This document shows, piece after piece, positions 1 through 13,459 of a stretch of DNA of 64,000 nucleotides. Numbering within the stretch: the stretch's first letter is position 1; the number at the start of each line of letters is the position of its first letter. Where the stretch lies: positions 19,108,471 to 19,172,470 of the forward strand of contig JAHRHZ010000035.1 in NCBI GenBank assembly GCA_024137785.1, given 5' to 3'. The position numbers were made by a program, and so were the translations under genes. The stretch is from Ginglymostoma cirratum. Taxonomy: Eukaryota. The notes beneath the pieces are model-generated. The model ran no database searches and was not told the origin of the DNA. It saw nothing but the letters and a program-made list of their open reading frames with translations.

Positions 1-132
1 CCAGAGGAAACCCACACGGACACGGCAGAGAATGTGCAAACTCCACACAGACTGTCACCGGAAGCTGGAATCAAATCCAGGTCCCTCGTACTATAAGGCA
101 GCAGTGCTAACCTTTGAGCCACCATGCTGCCC
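1..132 (-). mobile_element. HE1/V-SINE-type tRNA-derived SINE, 5' part (cut by window edge)
   Basis: Reverse complement reads GGGCAGCATGGTGGCTCAAAGGTTAGCACTGCTGCC...GGGACCTGGATTTGATTCC (A/B boxes) then the V-domain TGTGTGGAGTTTGCACATTCTC...GTGGGTTTCCTCTGG; homologous to 32990-33282. Confidence 0.85.
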
Positions 133-2699
133 TAGCCAGTCTTTGGAAGTACATTAAATGTGGCAAAGCATCATCTTTAAGCAATGTATTATAGATCAAG
201 CCATCAAACTAGTCCAGGAGATCACGTGGACCAAGTGTTATTTAAGAAGACACATTCCCAGTCTATGTCAGTGATATCTTCACTTTAAATGAGAATAGAG
301 TTTTATGGGTATTTTCCTACTGAGATGATGCAATCTCTACCCCACCCAATTACGTCTTGGTAGCACTAATCACATCATCAGCAATGTATTTCAGAGACTC
401 ATTACACAGAATAGAAGAATTACTATACATCCAGCCTAATCCTATACTTGTGTGGTTTAAAATGTTGAAAATAAACAAAAATGTCCAGTGTGCCACTTCC
501 AAAAAAAAGTACTGATATTTTGAAGCAAGATTCAGACTGAACTGGTAATGTGCTGACTCAGACACAATGGGTTGAATGGCATCTTCCTATGTTGTAAATA
601 CATAGGTCTATGTCTGACAGAAAAGCCACCTGTATGCAAACAGTGAGGAAAAAAATTCATTAATAGACTTTTGTGTCTACAAAGATGTAAATTAAGCAAA
701 GGATTCAATACTATTACAAATATTGAATAACGTTATCATACTAAAAAAAGTACAAAAACACAGATGAATGTGACATCTGAACGATGTTAGAGAATAGATC
801 AAAACTGCAGGAGACAAAGAGTGATAGGATAACTGGGAATAGACGCATCAGCATCAGGAAGGCAAATTGTTACTGTCATTATAAGTTGTCACTTGTTGGC
901 TTCCCTGTTCATGTTCAGCAGTTACAACAAAGCCCAGTCTAGTTCAGTCTTGATGTTCAGAGATGCAAGGACTTGTTTCAGGAGAACATCAGATGTGAAT
1001 TGATAAACCATTACCTCAATATACGCAGTGTAAAGAAATCACCTTGCAGTGTGGGAATAACTAAACATGGAATCTAAATGAATTCAGAAGTTGTGACATA
1101 TTAATGATCTAACAGATTAATTTATTTTGTCATTATTGACAAAGGTAGGTCACAAGTTTGTTTGGTTCTCAGAAATCCAAGCATCCCTATTACAAAAGGA
1201 CATTTTAGATTTCTAGCTCATAGAAATTATAGTAAAAACGTTGAATATAGAATATTTGAGAAAGTTTGACCAGTTCTCAGGTTCTGGCAGTTGAAACTGG
1301 ATAAAGTAAATAGCAAGTAATGTAGATTTAACGCATTTTATAGGAATTATAAATCATTAAAGCTTTTTTTCTCACTGGTGCTGGAAGGACAATCACAAAA
1401 CTATCTGTACAATCCATGTTCACACTGAAGGTTGATTACATAATAATACTGCACTCACCCAAAGAGGGATACAATACCCAATTTTGGAAATTTGTCAAAG
1501 TTGCAAGAATAAAATCCTAAAATTTTAAAGAAAAACGACTTGGAATCAATGAGCAGATACTTGTTGACAATATCATCGTTATTAAAGGTCTTTACATTTG
1601 AAAAAAGATGCAGGTTTCAGCTATTGAACACATGCCACTGGCACATACAGAGGAAAAGAAACTCGGAGATGTCTTGATATGGTTAACAAATCACTTCTTA
1701 CTAAATCTATTAGAAAAGGTAGCTGAATTGAAATGTACTCAAAAAAAGAAAGTTGTGAAGATATATTACAAAAATTGTTCATTCTAACTAGTTCTGAATG
1801 TCTATAATCCTGTATCATAGACAGGTTTAGGAGTCCTGCTGGTGGAAGCATAAGATGACTGCTGCAAGTGCATTGTGTAATCATCATATTCATTGACTGA
1901 TGCAGAGACAAGATATGCACAGATCAGGGAGGAACTGCAATTCTTACTTGTGAAAGGCTCTATCAGTTTATATTCTTCATGTCACATTGGGCCACAGGCC
2001 ACTAACTGCTCTATTTGTGGAACTTGTTGAATGATTATTCTTTGCAAATACAAAGAATGATGTTCAGGTCACAGAAGTGTGCACCGTTGACATTTGATTA
2101 AGAGGAATGGCCCAAATGAAAACAGTAATGAAAAAGCCGGTGAAGATATGCAAACTTATATTGACATAGTTGAGTGTTTAGCTAGTGATGAAATGGGCAG
2201 GTAGATTTTCCAGTCAGCATGGGGAAGATCCACATAAATAGGTGTGGATCCACAGCTCTCAAGAGATGAAAGCACACCACAGGCTAAGCTGGCAACAATA
2301 TTAAGCCAGAGTTCTCGGGATAGACAGATTGCTTATTCTGGTGATCCAGCTAGAAAGGTTGGTGTAGTCATGAAGGCTAGCTGGTATATCACTTGCAGTC
2401 AGGGTTAAGTAAGTAGGGCCATTAATATACAGTGTTCAAGACTATGTTGAGAACAGTATGGATTATGGGAATATTATAGACAATATGAATTATGGGAATA
2501 TTATGGAAAATATGGTTAAAGAGGGGAAGGCTTGGATACTGCTCAATGACTGACAAAGGCACTGAAGACAAGTCAGATCGAAGTAGAGATAGTACAGCCC
2601 ACGTGAAGCATGGAGTCATGGTTGGATTCTGTGTCGGGGTGGACCCTAATATTTCTATGGTGGTAAGAAATGTCAGGGGGTGTCCTGTGTGATATCTTG

Positions 2700-2870
2700 C
2701 AAGTAAGCAACTGTGATGTTCCTGGGCATAATAAAGACATAGAGGGTCTTGGGACTGATTGTATGTGAAAGTTGTGGGATCTCTGGTCACTCAGAGACTC
2801 ATTGTCTGCACCATAAGATATGAGAGTCTGTTTTTATTCTGTTATGGCAAATCCAAACAAATCATGAGGG
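2700..2870 (+). pseudogene. Decayed CCHC zinc-knuckle coding relic (gag/ORF1-like, retroelement origin likely)
   Basis: 2764-2805 translates CESCGISGHSETHC, an exact CX2CX4HX4C; degenerate knuckles flank it in other frames (SNCDVPGHNKD upstream, LFCYGKSKQ downstream). Confidence 0.5.
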
Positions 2871-2934
2871 AGGAGCTGAAAGAGATCAGAAAAGAGAGGT
2901 GCAGTGGACACACCAAAAAGTTTGGTATCTTTGA

Positions 2935-3310
2935 GGGAGATGATGTTGTAGTTGTCATTTCACTGGATAAGCAATTCAGGCTAACACTCTGGCAACATGG
3001 GTTCAAATCCTGCACTGCAGCTGATGGAACTTAAATTCAAATAACAAATCTGGATTTGAAAGCTAATATCTTTAATGGCTATGAAATCATTGATTGGTGT
3101 AAAAATCCACCTTGGTCACTCATGGGAAGAAAACTGCCATTCTTAGCTGGTCTGTCCTTCACATGACTCCAGACCCATAGGAGTGTTGTTGACCCTTAAA
3201 TTTTCTCTGTACTAACCTCTCAGATAGTCGCTCATTTCAAGGGAACTTAGGGATGAATTAGAAGTCTTGGCCTTGCCAGTGACACCCACGTCCCAGAAAA
3301 GAATGAAGGT
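2935..3310 (+). mobile_element. tRNA-headed shark SINE with LINE-derived 3' tail
   Basis: B-box-like GGTTCAAATCC at ~3000; body shared with 10830-10960, 25715-25950 and 47715-47990; tail CAAGGGAACTTAGGGATG...GGCCTTGCCAGTGACACCCACGTCCC shared with LINE 3' ends at 30880-30948 and 41510-41580. Confidence 0.75.
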
Positions 3311-5401
3311 AAAATAAGCTTGAATTCAGGATAGTGTATCCCTCTAGCCAGAATGGTGCATGTGGAGGACGCTTTTGCAAGTTTGATATATGTCTTTTAT
3401 GTGGACCTCATACCAGTTAGTCCAGAAATTTCAAAGTATCTTGGTCCCCACTGACACATTGGAACAGAGTATTGATGCTTTGCTGGGTGAGATGATAAAC
3501 CTTTGGGCTGAGGATGAAGTGTCATAAGGTACTGCAATGGAAATGGTTAGATAATCAAATATAGTAAAATGTTTAAACATCACCTGGTGCTGCAGAAGCC
3601 ACATCTGTATTTACATGGAGCAGTATTTATCACGTACTCTGAACACAATTCTTCAGTTATGCTTAATGGAAACACATAACAAATACAGCAACATATTGTA
3701 ATGGAGCATGAACATGCAGGTATAAAACACAATCAAGACTGTCATAAACAGAAGTGTCACAATTCAGCCATATTAGAAGTGAGCACAATTTCTGTCCTTA
3801 TAAGTACCAGAGTAAAAGAAATGAAATGCGCTTTTATTCACAGAAATTTATTTCATCTCATTTCATTACAGTTAATCTAAAGGCAAATGTCAGATTCATT
3901 ACATTCGGGTATAAACCATACAATTTTTTCACATAACTGTTGACCTAAAGTTTTTTGAATTGAAAAGGTAGGTACTGTTTCTTTGAATGCATTCACCAGT
4001 GTATACTTTTTTCAATTTTGTGAGTAAGCCTGAAACCTTTAGAGAGATGTAGCTCCCACTGAGGGCCAGATAAAGGATAGAACAGTTACAGGGTAAGAGA
4101 ATGCCATGGTTTAGCACTGGATCAATTTTGTACAACTCGAGGAGCTGCCAAAGGCTCATGTGAAAATCTAATTTGTGGTTTACCATTCATTTGTTCTCTT
4201 CCTATTAATGCTAATGTCTGAAGACAAGAAAGATCACACAAGGCATTGAAATACAACAAGTAATTGTATTTAATTGAGAAACTTCACTATTTGCTTCCTG
4301 GGTGTATACTGACTATCTGGATAAATGAGGTCTTCCTTGGGCCAAAGTCACTGATGGCTCACTTTTAAAAATGTAAAGCAAAAATATTTATAGTTATAAA
4401 AGACTGAAGAAATCTCAAGATGATATTAATAAACAACTGATAATTTTCATCTGACCACTTTTTTTATTAAAAAAAATGGTTTAAATTAATTTTGCAGACT
4501 GTTTAGAAATAATTGGTAATAAACAACGTACCATAGTCTTAAAGAGACAGATTCACATATGTACCAAGAAAAACACACATTCTGTAATAATCATGAGTAT
4601 TTTAAAAATTATTCCAAGCGTAAACAATCGGCATTAAATTGCTGTCTTTAATTATCTGAGCTTGGCCATTTCTCTGAAGTTAAAAACTAAATATTCAATA
4701 GTAGCTTAAATATTACACCTGAATTTGTGTTTTTGAAATTCATTCATCAACTTGTTTTCAAGTTTTTTGAAAAGGAACAAAGAAGCCAAAAAGAATTCTC
4801 ATTGTAGCATAATGGCTGCTGGAAAGTTCTGCACACCATGACATCGTGAAACAATAGCACAGGCTTCAGCCTTCACAGACAGAGTGATCCTTTCTGGAAA
4901 ACACATCAACACCAAGATAAGAGCTTTTGGAGGAGCCTGAGGGTGCTCAGTAAAAATTTTAATGAAGTGCCGAAAGACAATTTTATAGTTACATTTACCC
5001 GTAGTGAACTTTTTATGTTTTATTTAGAACCCTGCATGTTCATGTTTCTGGGAGAAGAAAAATGGAAGAATTGCTTTCTTGAAACTCAGTTCGAACTATC
5101 TAAGTGGCTAATCAGTTTTTTCAAGTTTCATGGAGGGTTTCTCTCAGTGAGGCCTAGCGAGATCTCTCATCTCATCTCTCACCCAAATGGCCTCATTAAC
5201 TACCCACCCTGCCTCTATATCATCTCCCTTTGCCTAATACCAGCCCCATTCTACCAACTGCCATTCCCAGAAGAATTCACCAAATATCTGCCAAAAGATC
5301 AGCATGCCAGGTGCCCACGCCAGCTTTAAACTGCACCCAGATGGGGACTGGCATTCTAAGGCTGTCCTGCTAATTGAAGGGCAGTCTTTCGGAAGATTTC
5401 T

Positions 5402-6051
5402 GAGAAGGGGAAAATGGTCTGTGATTCTCTGACAGGGATCTGGAGGTCCTAGTTAACAGGGGTGGTCCAGAGGAATGCTATCCTCTTTCTGGAGGACAAA
5501 GAGAAGAGGTCATGCCACCAGACCCTGGCAGACTGGTCCAAGGTTGCAAGCTGGGTCAGTGCAGTATCTACAGTACAGAGGAATGACCAGCTATGCTGCA
5601 AGAAATCAATAACCTTCTTAGCTCTGCCAGGGTAAGTGCCACATTCTTCTCTCAGCTACCTCACCTTCAGTTAATCTCTGTTTCCGCACTCACCTCCCAT
5701 CAATGCTGTCACTATTTCGTGCAACATCACCCCTCATTCTCGTTCTCCCCCAAACTCCCAGAGCACCAACCCACCAAGGCCTCTGTGCTGTCTACTCACT
5801 TGCTTGGGACTCCTCACCATGTTTCAACCACATGCACTAAGACTAAAATTTTGCCACCCACTTTCATCTCACTGATCCCTCCGTCTCTCCCATTACAGGA
5901 GAAAACAGCCCATAACTGGGCAGAAAGAGCCAGGACATCAGTATGACATCAGACTCCTCACCCACTAGGAGGAAATGATCCTGTCCCTTGCAGGAGAATT
6001 CCCCGGACTACTCCTGGGGGGATGCCGGGATGTCTATGTCCCGCCAAATGT
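5402..6051 (+). pseudogene. Harbinger Myb/SANT-like DNA-binding protein, exons 1-2 (frameshifted)
   Basis: Exon 1: FSDRDLEVLV..VVQRNAILFLEDKEKRSCHQTLADWSKVASWVSAVSTVQRNDQLCCKK/INNLLSSAR then GTAAGT (intron 5632-5898 ending cattacAG). Exon 2: EKTAHNWAERARTS. A second intron at 6052-6168 leads to an acidic exon. Confidence 0.8.
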
Positions 6052-7251
6052 GTAATTACCACTCTCTATTCCACTGCAACTCTCATATTAACCCAACGGT
6101 CAGTGTCATTCATTGCAAACAAATTCTAATCACTGGCTGTGACACCTACCCTCCCCAGTGTCTTACAGGTGTCAGTAGGGTGGCCGTAGACCCTGCAGAG
6201 AAATGGGGATTTATGTGTGAAGTCAGTTCCTCAATCTCTGAGGAAGAATGTTCAGACAACTCAGAGGAAACATCGACAAGATTGGCTCCTTCTCCACACC
6301 CCAACCCTCCACCTCTGCAACTGACTGAGAAGAAACACTGCCAGAGATTAGCTCAGCCCCAGATAGGAGTGCATTCTGTGGCATTGTCAACCAGGGACTT
6401 TGTCCAAATGACCAGGAGCAGCAGAATGTTATGTGGGATGCAATGGTCCTCATAGCCCAGAGGCTGCAGGTATGCAGAAATGCCATGGAGACCCGACCAC
6501 CTCATGCATGTGATCATCTGCCACCTCCATGGATAGATTGACAGATGTCATAGAGAGCCACATTCGGCCCCCTCAGGGACTGCTGGATGTGTGCACAGTC
6601 CTGTACTCCATCAATCTAGCCATGATCCCCAGGACCAAAGAGACAGTGAAGGGGGAGATGGAGCCTGGCACTCACTCCATCTGGGCCATCCATCCACCCA
6701 CCCTGTCTGTTCCCCTTGGAGGTTGAGGCCAGCGAGGGTCCACTTGCCTCTGACAAGAATCTGTGGGCCATCCAGGCACAAACAGCACTGGGGTCAGATG
6801 GACAAACCTCTCAGGCCAGTAGACTGCTGAGCAAGCTTCCTCCACTCAAGCTATGGAATCAGAGACAGCACTTATACATTGTGCCAGGAAAGAAAACTGA
6901 ATCCTTTTAAGGGCACTCTGGTGGTAAGCATGTCCATTCAGTGTAAATAAAGTCTCACATTTGCAAGAAATGTCAATGGTTTTGCATAGGTCTCTTTGAT
7001 TGAGTCTGGTTCCAGATATAACTGTGCTAGGACGATGCCTAATGCCATATCCATAAAGGATGTACCATGGATCGGTGTTTGTGTTGAGATCCTGCTTTCT
7101 ACCTCTGGTCTGGACGCTATGGAGCCACAGGGCTGAACATAACCCACTCCCAGGATTGCAGAAGCATGGAATCCCTAAGTGAGATCACCCCGCCCTGAAG
7201 CCTGACTGTGGCCAATTCCCTGGTCTAACATGGGAGACTGCCTTGACTTAC

Positions 7252-7462
7252 TGTCCTGGGAGCCCCTGACTGATAGGTGCCTCCATGGACTTCACTGAGG
7301 ATTACTAACACTTTGAGAGATGGCTGCTTGCTTGCTGAACATGCAATGTGTTTGATGTGTAAGCTGCTGGCCTTTGGTGGAGATGTGAGATTGGCATCTA
7401 GCAAGACGTGCACCCCCTTAACCTGAGGAGTGCTGACCGACAGGCAAGCTGCCAAGCTGTGT
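7252..7462 (-). pseudogene. Exon of unidentified third gene of the Harbinger family
   Basis: ctttatAG acceptor and GTAAGT donor bracket HSLAACLSVSTPQVKGVHVLLDANLTSPPKASSLHIKHIACSASKQPSLKVLVILSEVHGGTYQSGAPRT; homologous exon at 28536-28765. Confidence 0.55.
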
Positions 7463-8139
7463 CTATAAAGACACATGTTCATAGACAAGGCAGGAATGGT
7501 GTGAACATCCAGGTAGATGCTAAGAGAGTGAGCACTAAGAAAGACAAGCAGTCAGCCCTGAGATACAGCCTAGTCCAATATGTGAATTGAGTGCCTGTGC
7601 AAATTGTCCTTACAGCTGCCTTTCTCAATGGTAGTTGCCAATGCAACCTGAAGTGCAAGTCTGTATTTCCCAAGTGTCCTGTACGTGGACTGGTGAGGTG
7701 CCATGAGGAATTGTTGGCAATTTTCAGATGCCACTATCCATGGACGAGGTGTGTATGTGGCTGGTGATGACCAACATGGAGGCTGTCCACAGGCAGCAGT
7801 AAGTTGAAGTCACTGGGTTCAGGATGATGTGAGGCATAGTAGATTGCTTGAGGGACTGGAAGAGACAGTGCCAAAACTATGGTGCTACAGGGCCACCACT
7901 GGCAGAAAAGTGTAAATACACTTTCTAAGTTTACATCAGCAAGTTCCATTATAGATGTGTAGAACAATTAACAATGATAACAAACATAATTTATAATGGA
8001 AAAAGTTGACACTATAAGGTGACAAAAAGATAACAACAGGAAATGAGATTTTAAAAACTGGAAGTGCATGCGAACTTGGAGTAATTTATTCAAAACATGT
8101 GCCAGACATCTGGTTCGAAGTCACTTAAGCAGATGTAAC

Positions 8140-9415
8140 AGAATTATTTAAGAAAAGACAAGCAGAGAAAACAGGGAACTACAGACCTGTTAACTTGTTA
8201 TAAGTAGTAGGGAAAATACAAGAATCTAGTATAAAAGATATAATTACTGGATATTTAGAAAACAAGTATCTGCTTAAACAGAGCGAACATGGACTTATGA
8301 AGGAGAAATCATGTTTGCAAATCTGATAGAGTTTGTTGAATATGTTAAAGCAGAGTGGATAAGAGCGAATCAGTGGATGTGATACATTTAGGTTATCAAA
8401 AGGCTTTTGATCAGGTCCCATTCAGGAAGTTGGTGAATAAAGTTGAAGTGCATGAAATGATGGTGTTGGGGTAATACAAGAACATGGATTGAGAACTGGT
8501 CACCAGGCAGAAAGCAAAGAGTCGGAGTAAAAGGGCCATATTCAGGTAGGCAGGCTTTAACCAGTGGGGAATCACAGTGGGTGTTCAGTGCTACTTTCCC
8601 TTGGTTCACAATCTATATCAATGAATTGGATGTGTTGGATGTGGGCCAAATGCAATATTTCCACATTTGTGGTTTGCACCAAACTTGGTTGAGTTATGGG
8701 GAGAATGCAAAGAGGCTTCAAAGGGGTATGAGTGAGTGATTAAGAATATGACAGATGAAAATTAATGATGATCAGTGTGAGATTATTCATTTTAGTACGA
8801 GGAAGGAAGATGCAGTGTATTTCTTAAATGGTGAGAGTTTGAAAGGTGTTGTTGTCTGAATGGACCTAGGCGTCCTTATTCCTAAATCACCGAAAGCTCT
8901 CACACAGGCGCAGCGAGCAATTTGGAAGACAAACAGTATGTTAGCTTCTCTTGTAAGAGGATTTGAGTTCAGGAGCAAAGAAGTCTTGCTTCAATTACAC
9001 TGGTGAAATTGCACTTGGAGAATTGTGTTCCCCATGCCAAATGAAGGATATCCTTGCCATTGAGAGAGTACAGTAGAAGTTCACCAAACTGATTCTGAAA
9101 TGGTGGACTGTCCAATATTGAGAAATGGAGGAAACTGGGCCTGTATTCCATGGAGCTTAGAAGAATGACAAGTTATCTCATTGAAACATTTTTGAAGAGA
9201 TAGACAGAGTAGATGCAGAAAGTGTCTTTTCCCTGGCTGTGGAAATAAAAACCAGGGGACACAATCTCAGAAAAAAAGGCAAGCCGTTAAGACTGAGATG
9301 AGAAGGAACTCCTTTACTCCGACAGACTCTGGGACTCTGTAGCCCAGAGGGCCCTGGAAGTTCAGTCATTAAGTGAGGAGGCTAGAGGGCCGAATGGCCT
9401 CCTGCTCCTACATTC
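8140..9415 (+). mobile_element. Old CR1 LINE, ORF2 RT region to 3' tail, heavily mutated
   Basis: GNYRPVNL, EHGLMKEKSCLQ motifs with stops and frameshifts; tail GGGCCGAATGGCCTCCTGCTCCTA; colinear with 14053-15719. Confidence 0.85.
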
Positions 9416-10529
9416 TTAAGCACTCGACAGTTGCCTGTGTGATTCCACAGATCTCTACACTGGAAACTGCTTTAATAACCTTTGCCATTGAATGCCATTT
9501 AATTGGAATTAGCTGTACAACAAGCCAGCATAACTGAAAATGAAATGTTTCAGGTTAGCATGTTATTTTGTCTCCATGCTGCAAGTATTTTAGAAAACTC
9601 ACAATATCATGGAAGAGTGTAAAACACATTGACAATTGCTGACAATAAATGGCTACACAAAGTCATAGTGCTGAAACTGACTGCACTGAAGATAAGTGGT
9701 TTCCATAGTGATTTTTCCAGGTGTGGTCTTTGGTTTAGGAAGCTGCTGACAGATAAGCCTGACCCTGGCAATGTGCACACGGCAGGGAATTGTGGTCAGC
9801 TTGAGGTGTGGCTGCAGGGGCTCGTGGCAGTCTGTGCTTTGAGGTTCACAGAGGAAGGTAGAGGTCACCCTCAATTATTGCTGACGATCGCAGGAAGCAG
9901 ATTTTGGCAAACGAAAGAGACACAAAGCAATAGAACAAAAATACAGTATTTCTTTGAGACGGGAAGAATGCATTTGCATTTCAGTTATAAATATTTATTA
10001 TATTGTTTCCAGTAACAAAAATAAGGTTTCATCCCTTTAGTAAATGTTTTAACTTGGCCACGCTGACTCTCTGACAAGATGAATAAATGGAAACTGGAGC
10101 TTTGCTCAGAGGCAGCCCAGACTATTAAAGGCTGTGGGCAGAAGTGAAGTTTTCTGTTCACCTACCACATTACACAATACACAAATGCACTTGACAGTAA
10201 TGGAGAAAGACATTTGATAACATTTTGCTTCAATGGAAAAGGAATAAATCGTCATTTATGGTGAATCTTATTGATTTTTGTTTCCAACACTTGCTCTTGC
10301 AGCTAGTTTATTGGCAGTTGCTGCTTACAATCAGAGGCAGGCTGTGAATCTTTGCATTGACTTCTTTAGTTATCTTTCAAAAAATAAAATGACTAGTAAC
10401 TGGACGCTACTCAATGAAGCTGTAAAATGGAAGTTATGCCATAATACAGATTATTGCAATGCCTTCCAGCCACGAGCGAATTGTGTAAGTGTTTTATTCC
10501 ATTGCTTACCATTCAATCATTTGTTACAA

Positions 10530-10756
10530 ATGATTTATTTTTACTTGCGGGATGAAAGCATTGTTAACAAAGCCAACATTTGTCGCTTGCTCCCTAATGC
10601 CCATTGGAAGGTGATGTTGAGGCACCTTCCCAAACTTGACCTGCTGCTGTCCTTACAGTGCAGGTACTTCCATATAGTGCTGTTAGGGAGCGAGTTCCGA
10701 GATTTCAAACTGGCAGCAGTAAAGGAATGGCAATGTATGTCCAAGTCAGGGTGATA
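10530..10756 (-). mobile_element. 3' end fragment of L2/CR1-group LINE
   Basis: Reverse complement matches the LINE 3' ends at 30720-30948 and 41400-41580. Confidence 0.7.
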
Positions 10757-10829
10757 TGTATTAATTAAAAACCCAGAATTAAAAAAAAACTAGTTTGAGT
10801 AATGAAACTACATAAAACTACAGGATTGT

Positions 10830-10960
10830 TTTAAGCATGCATCTGGTTCTCTAGGGAAGGAAATCTGTCATCTTCACCTCTTCTGGCCTGTAAGTCATTC
10901 CAGATTCACAGTAAGTTGGTTGCTCTCTGATATGGCCTAGCAAGCAACTCAGTTGTACTA
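10830..10960 (+). mobile_element. Internal fragment of tRNA-headed SINE/LINE 5' UTR
   Basis: TAGGGAAGGAAATCTG...TCTGGCCT...CCAGATTCACAG...TGGCCTAGCAAGCAACTCAGTTG, as in 2935-3310 and 47715-47990. Confidence 0.65.
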
Positions 10961-11649
10961 CAGAAATGGTAAAAGGCTTTAGTTACAGACATCCATTTTG
11001 TACACCACACATGTAATTTGTGAGGCACATAAAACCTGACTGGAAGAAATAGATTTAAGCGCAATGCCTTATTCACAGCGTGAGATAAACAACTTCACTA
11101 ATCAGACTTATTGAACTGGACATAAGGAAAGATTCTCATGGAAACTCAGAGAATAGCAATAGCTTGAAAGAATACAATTATCACAAATAACTTTTCTGAA
11201 TTGGCAAAATTTCAATTACTAAGGTGAGGTGTAATTAGATTGGTTTCTGGTTAAAAATATACACCATAAATAATATTCCACTTGCAGTGTTTAATCCAAG
11301 TGAGTTTCAGGTGAGGGAGGAACGCACTGTGAAGCTGTCACATAATTGAATTAAAATATTCAAAGAGACAATCAGCTCAGGATTTAACCCAAAATCATGT
11401 TTTTGGCAATTCAACAGATGGTCTTCCAATGTATGTGAAACATACCAGGGGTAATCAGATGAGAGCACAGAGACGAGTACTTATCTAGTGAAACTGACAA
11501 GGTGGAAAGGTTACGAACAGTGATACTGAAGAGTTCCATGCATGAGCAGGTAGGAAGTTATTGGTCACAATACTTATTCCGAGTGTATGTTCTTAACAAG
11601 TGATTTGTAACTTCTTGGAAGTCAGTCTAGCCCCACCTTAGAGTTCACA

Positions 11650-12753
11650 TGGAGTTGATACACAACACCCTGCTCTCAAGTCTTCAATACAGAGTGGGAG
11701 GAGCTTATGCTGCTCTACTTTGGACCTCTGATAAGGAACAAGAGGAGCAATAGCACCAACAATACCAACTACTTTCTTCTCAACCATAGGTCACTCCGTA
11801 GGATAGTAGTAACAAATACAGAGCTCCAGTTGGTAGGAAACAAGGCAAGGCTGGGGATTAACTCCCTATATATGTGTGAGCACAAGTCCCTCCAGAGCTC
11901 ATTATTTCATGGCAAGCCACTGTTGACATTTAGAACCTCCTGCCATAAGACATTCTTCCCACTAGGCTAGGTGGGACTGCATTACCAGTGATCATCAATG
12001 TAGTTGGCACTAAAAGGTTCCTCTTTCCCCACGATCCCTTCCAATCCTCATTGTTGTCCTTCACTTCCTGCAAGGAGAGAAAGTAGAGAGTTCCAAGTGT
12101 GAATAGTGGATTGTGAGGAGAAGAGGAAAGGACATTTGAGGTGGCTGATTTTGAAGAATAGGTGTGACCTGGCACAAGGATGAGGGAGGGTGAGGATCTT
12201 GGTATTTTCAGATGGGGAGGGGTCTGGCGAGGAAAGAATGAGCAAGACAGCAAGCTGTGTTGTTCTGAGGAATGTTGTGGAGGAGAATGGTGGGAAAGTC
12301 AGAGTGTGAGTACCTGAAGTTGTGATGACAATCTTTTCCTGCCTTCCTGAAGTCCTTGAACTTCTTCATGCACAGTCTCCAGGTAAAGGGGTCCCACTTT
12401 CTGCTGTTCACTTCCTTGGCCACTTCCCTCTACAGCTACTTAGTTTGAGGAGCTGTCCACACCCTCACCACCCTTGGAATGATCACTTCATCCAGCCCCT
12501 CAGACCCCCTAACAGGATCTCCAGATAAGATTGTGAAACTCAGGGAGAAGCTGGCTTGTCCATTTCAGGAGTTCCAGAACTTCAGGAATCAATGTATGCT
12601 TTATCCATACTAACTAAAGCCAGGACCTCGAAATGCTTCCTTTGACACTCTAATAAAGAGCTATAGCAAAGCACACTAACATAACTAATGTGTCCCTGAC
12701 CTGCTCCTGGCCTCTCCACTGCCTTCAGGTTTCTTATAGTAAAATTCTGTCCC
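11650..12753. mobile_element. Internally deleted PIF/Harbinger (transposase 5' fragment on +, Myb/SANT fragment on -)
   Basis: 11850-12010 (+): INSLYMCEHKSLQS/SWQATVDI*NLLP*DILPTRLGGTALPVIINV (HARBI1-like N-terminal part). 12325-12563 (-): ..EVAKEVNSRKWDPFTWRLCMKKFKDFRKAGK. TIR-like end GGGACAGAATTTTAC (rc of 12739-12753). Confidence 0.7.
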
Positions 12754-13459
12754 AGTTATCTTGCCCACAACATTTATATACATCCATATGAATAACAGCT
12801 AAATCATAGGCACAGAAAATTTCATAATTCTTCAAGCAGCCGAGACTTCCCACATGTTAGATGTGGGTTCCCAAAAAGTTTCCCCTTAAAAAGCCTGTAT
12901 CTCATGTTCTGCTGCATTCTGTCGAGTTCATGTGGAAGAATGTCAATCAAGTAGACTCCCACAATTGCACTAATATCACTGTGTTCATGTGACTTTTAGA
13001 TCAAGATTCCACTAAAGCACCAGTTTTCTCATCTTTAGTTCTGATAGACCATAAAACCCACAAGGCGCATTCACCTCCTTTCTCTCCTCAGTTTGATAAA
13101 CCACTGGAAACGTGGACAGGGTTCACAAATGGGAAATTATGGCATGTCCTGTCAATTATTTAAGAGATTCGAGTGCCTTAAAGATTTTCTGATCAGACCA
13201 ACAAAAACAAAATTGGATCTTTCGTTGAAAATCAGGTGAGGGAAAAAAATATTTGTTCTCTAAACTCCCTGTCACCATTGAAAGGGCCTAGGCTTCATCT
13301 TTTTTGATGTCTGATGTTTTAACATCTGATAGTTTTATTTTTCCTAACCAGCTTATTACCTCCTTCCGCTCTAACGTATCTGATGCCCTGACTGTTTCTG
13401 AATGGATTTGTAATCCAACCAAGACTATTGATTAAAATGATATGAACATTGAAGAACAT

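Larger units (their letters stand above)
5105..7910. mobile_element. Non-autonomous PIF/Harbinger relic (Myb/SANT gene on +, extra exon on -)
   Basis: GC-richer island with Myb/SANT exons; 6940-7540 aligns with parts of 27390-28840 of the transposase-bearing copy; boundaries approximate. Confidence 0.7.

Noticed and set aside
9721-9857. Possible coding exon (tttttccAG ... GAAG|GTAGAG) within ORF 9629-10015
   Set aside because: Peptide not recognisable, weak donor, no partner exons; cannot be supported without RNA-seq.
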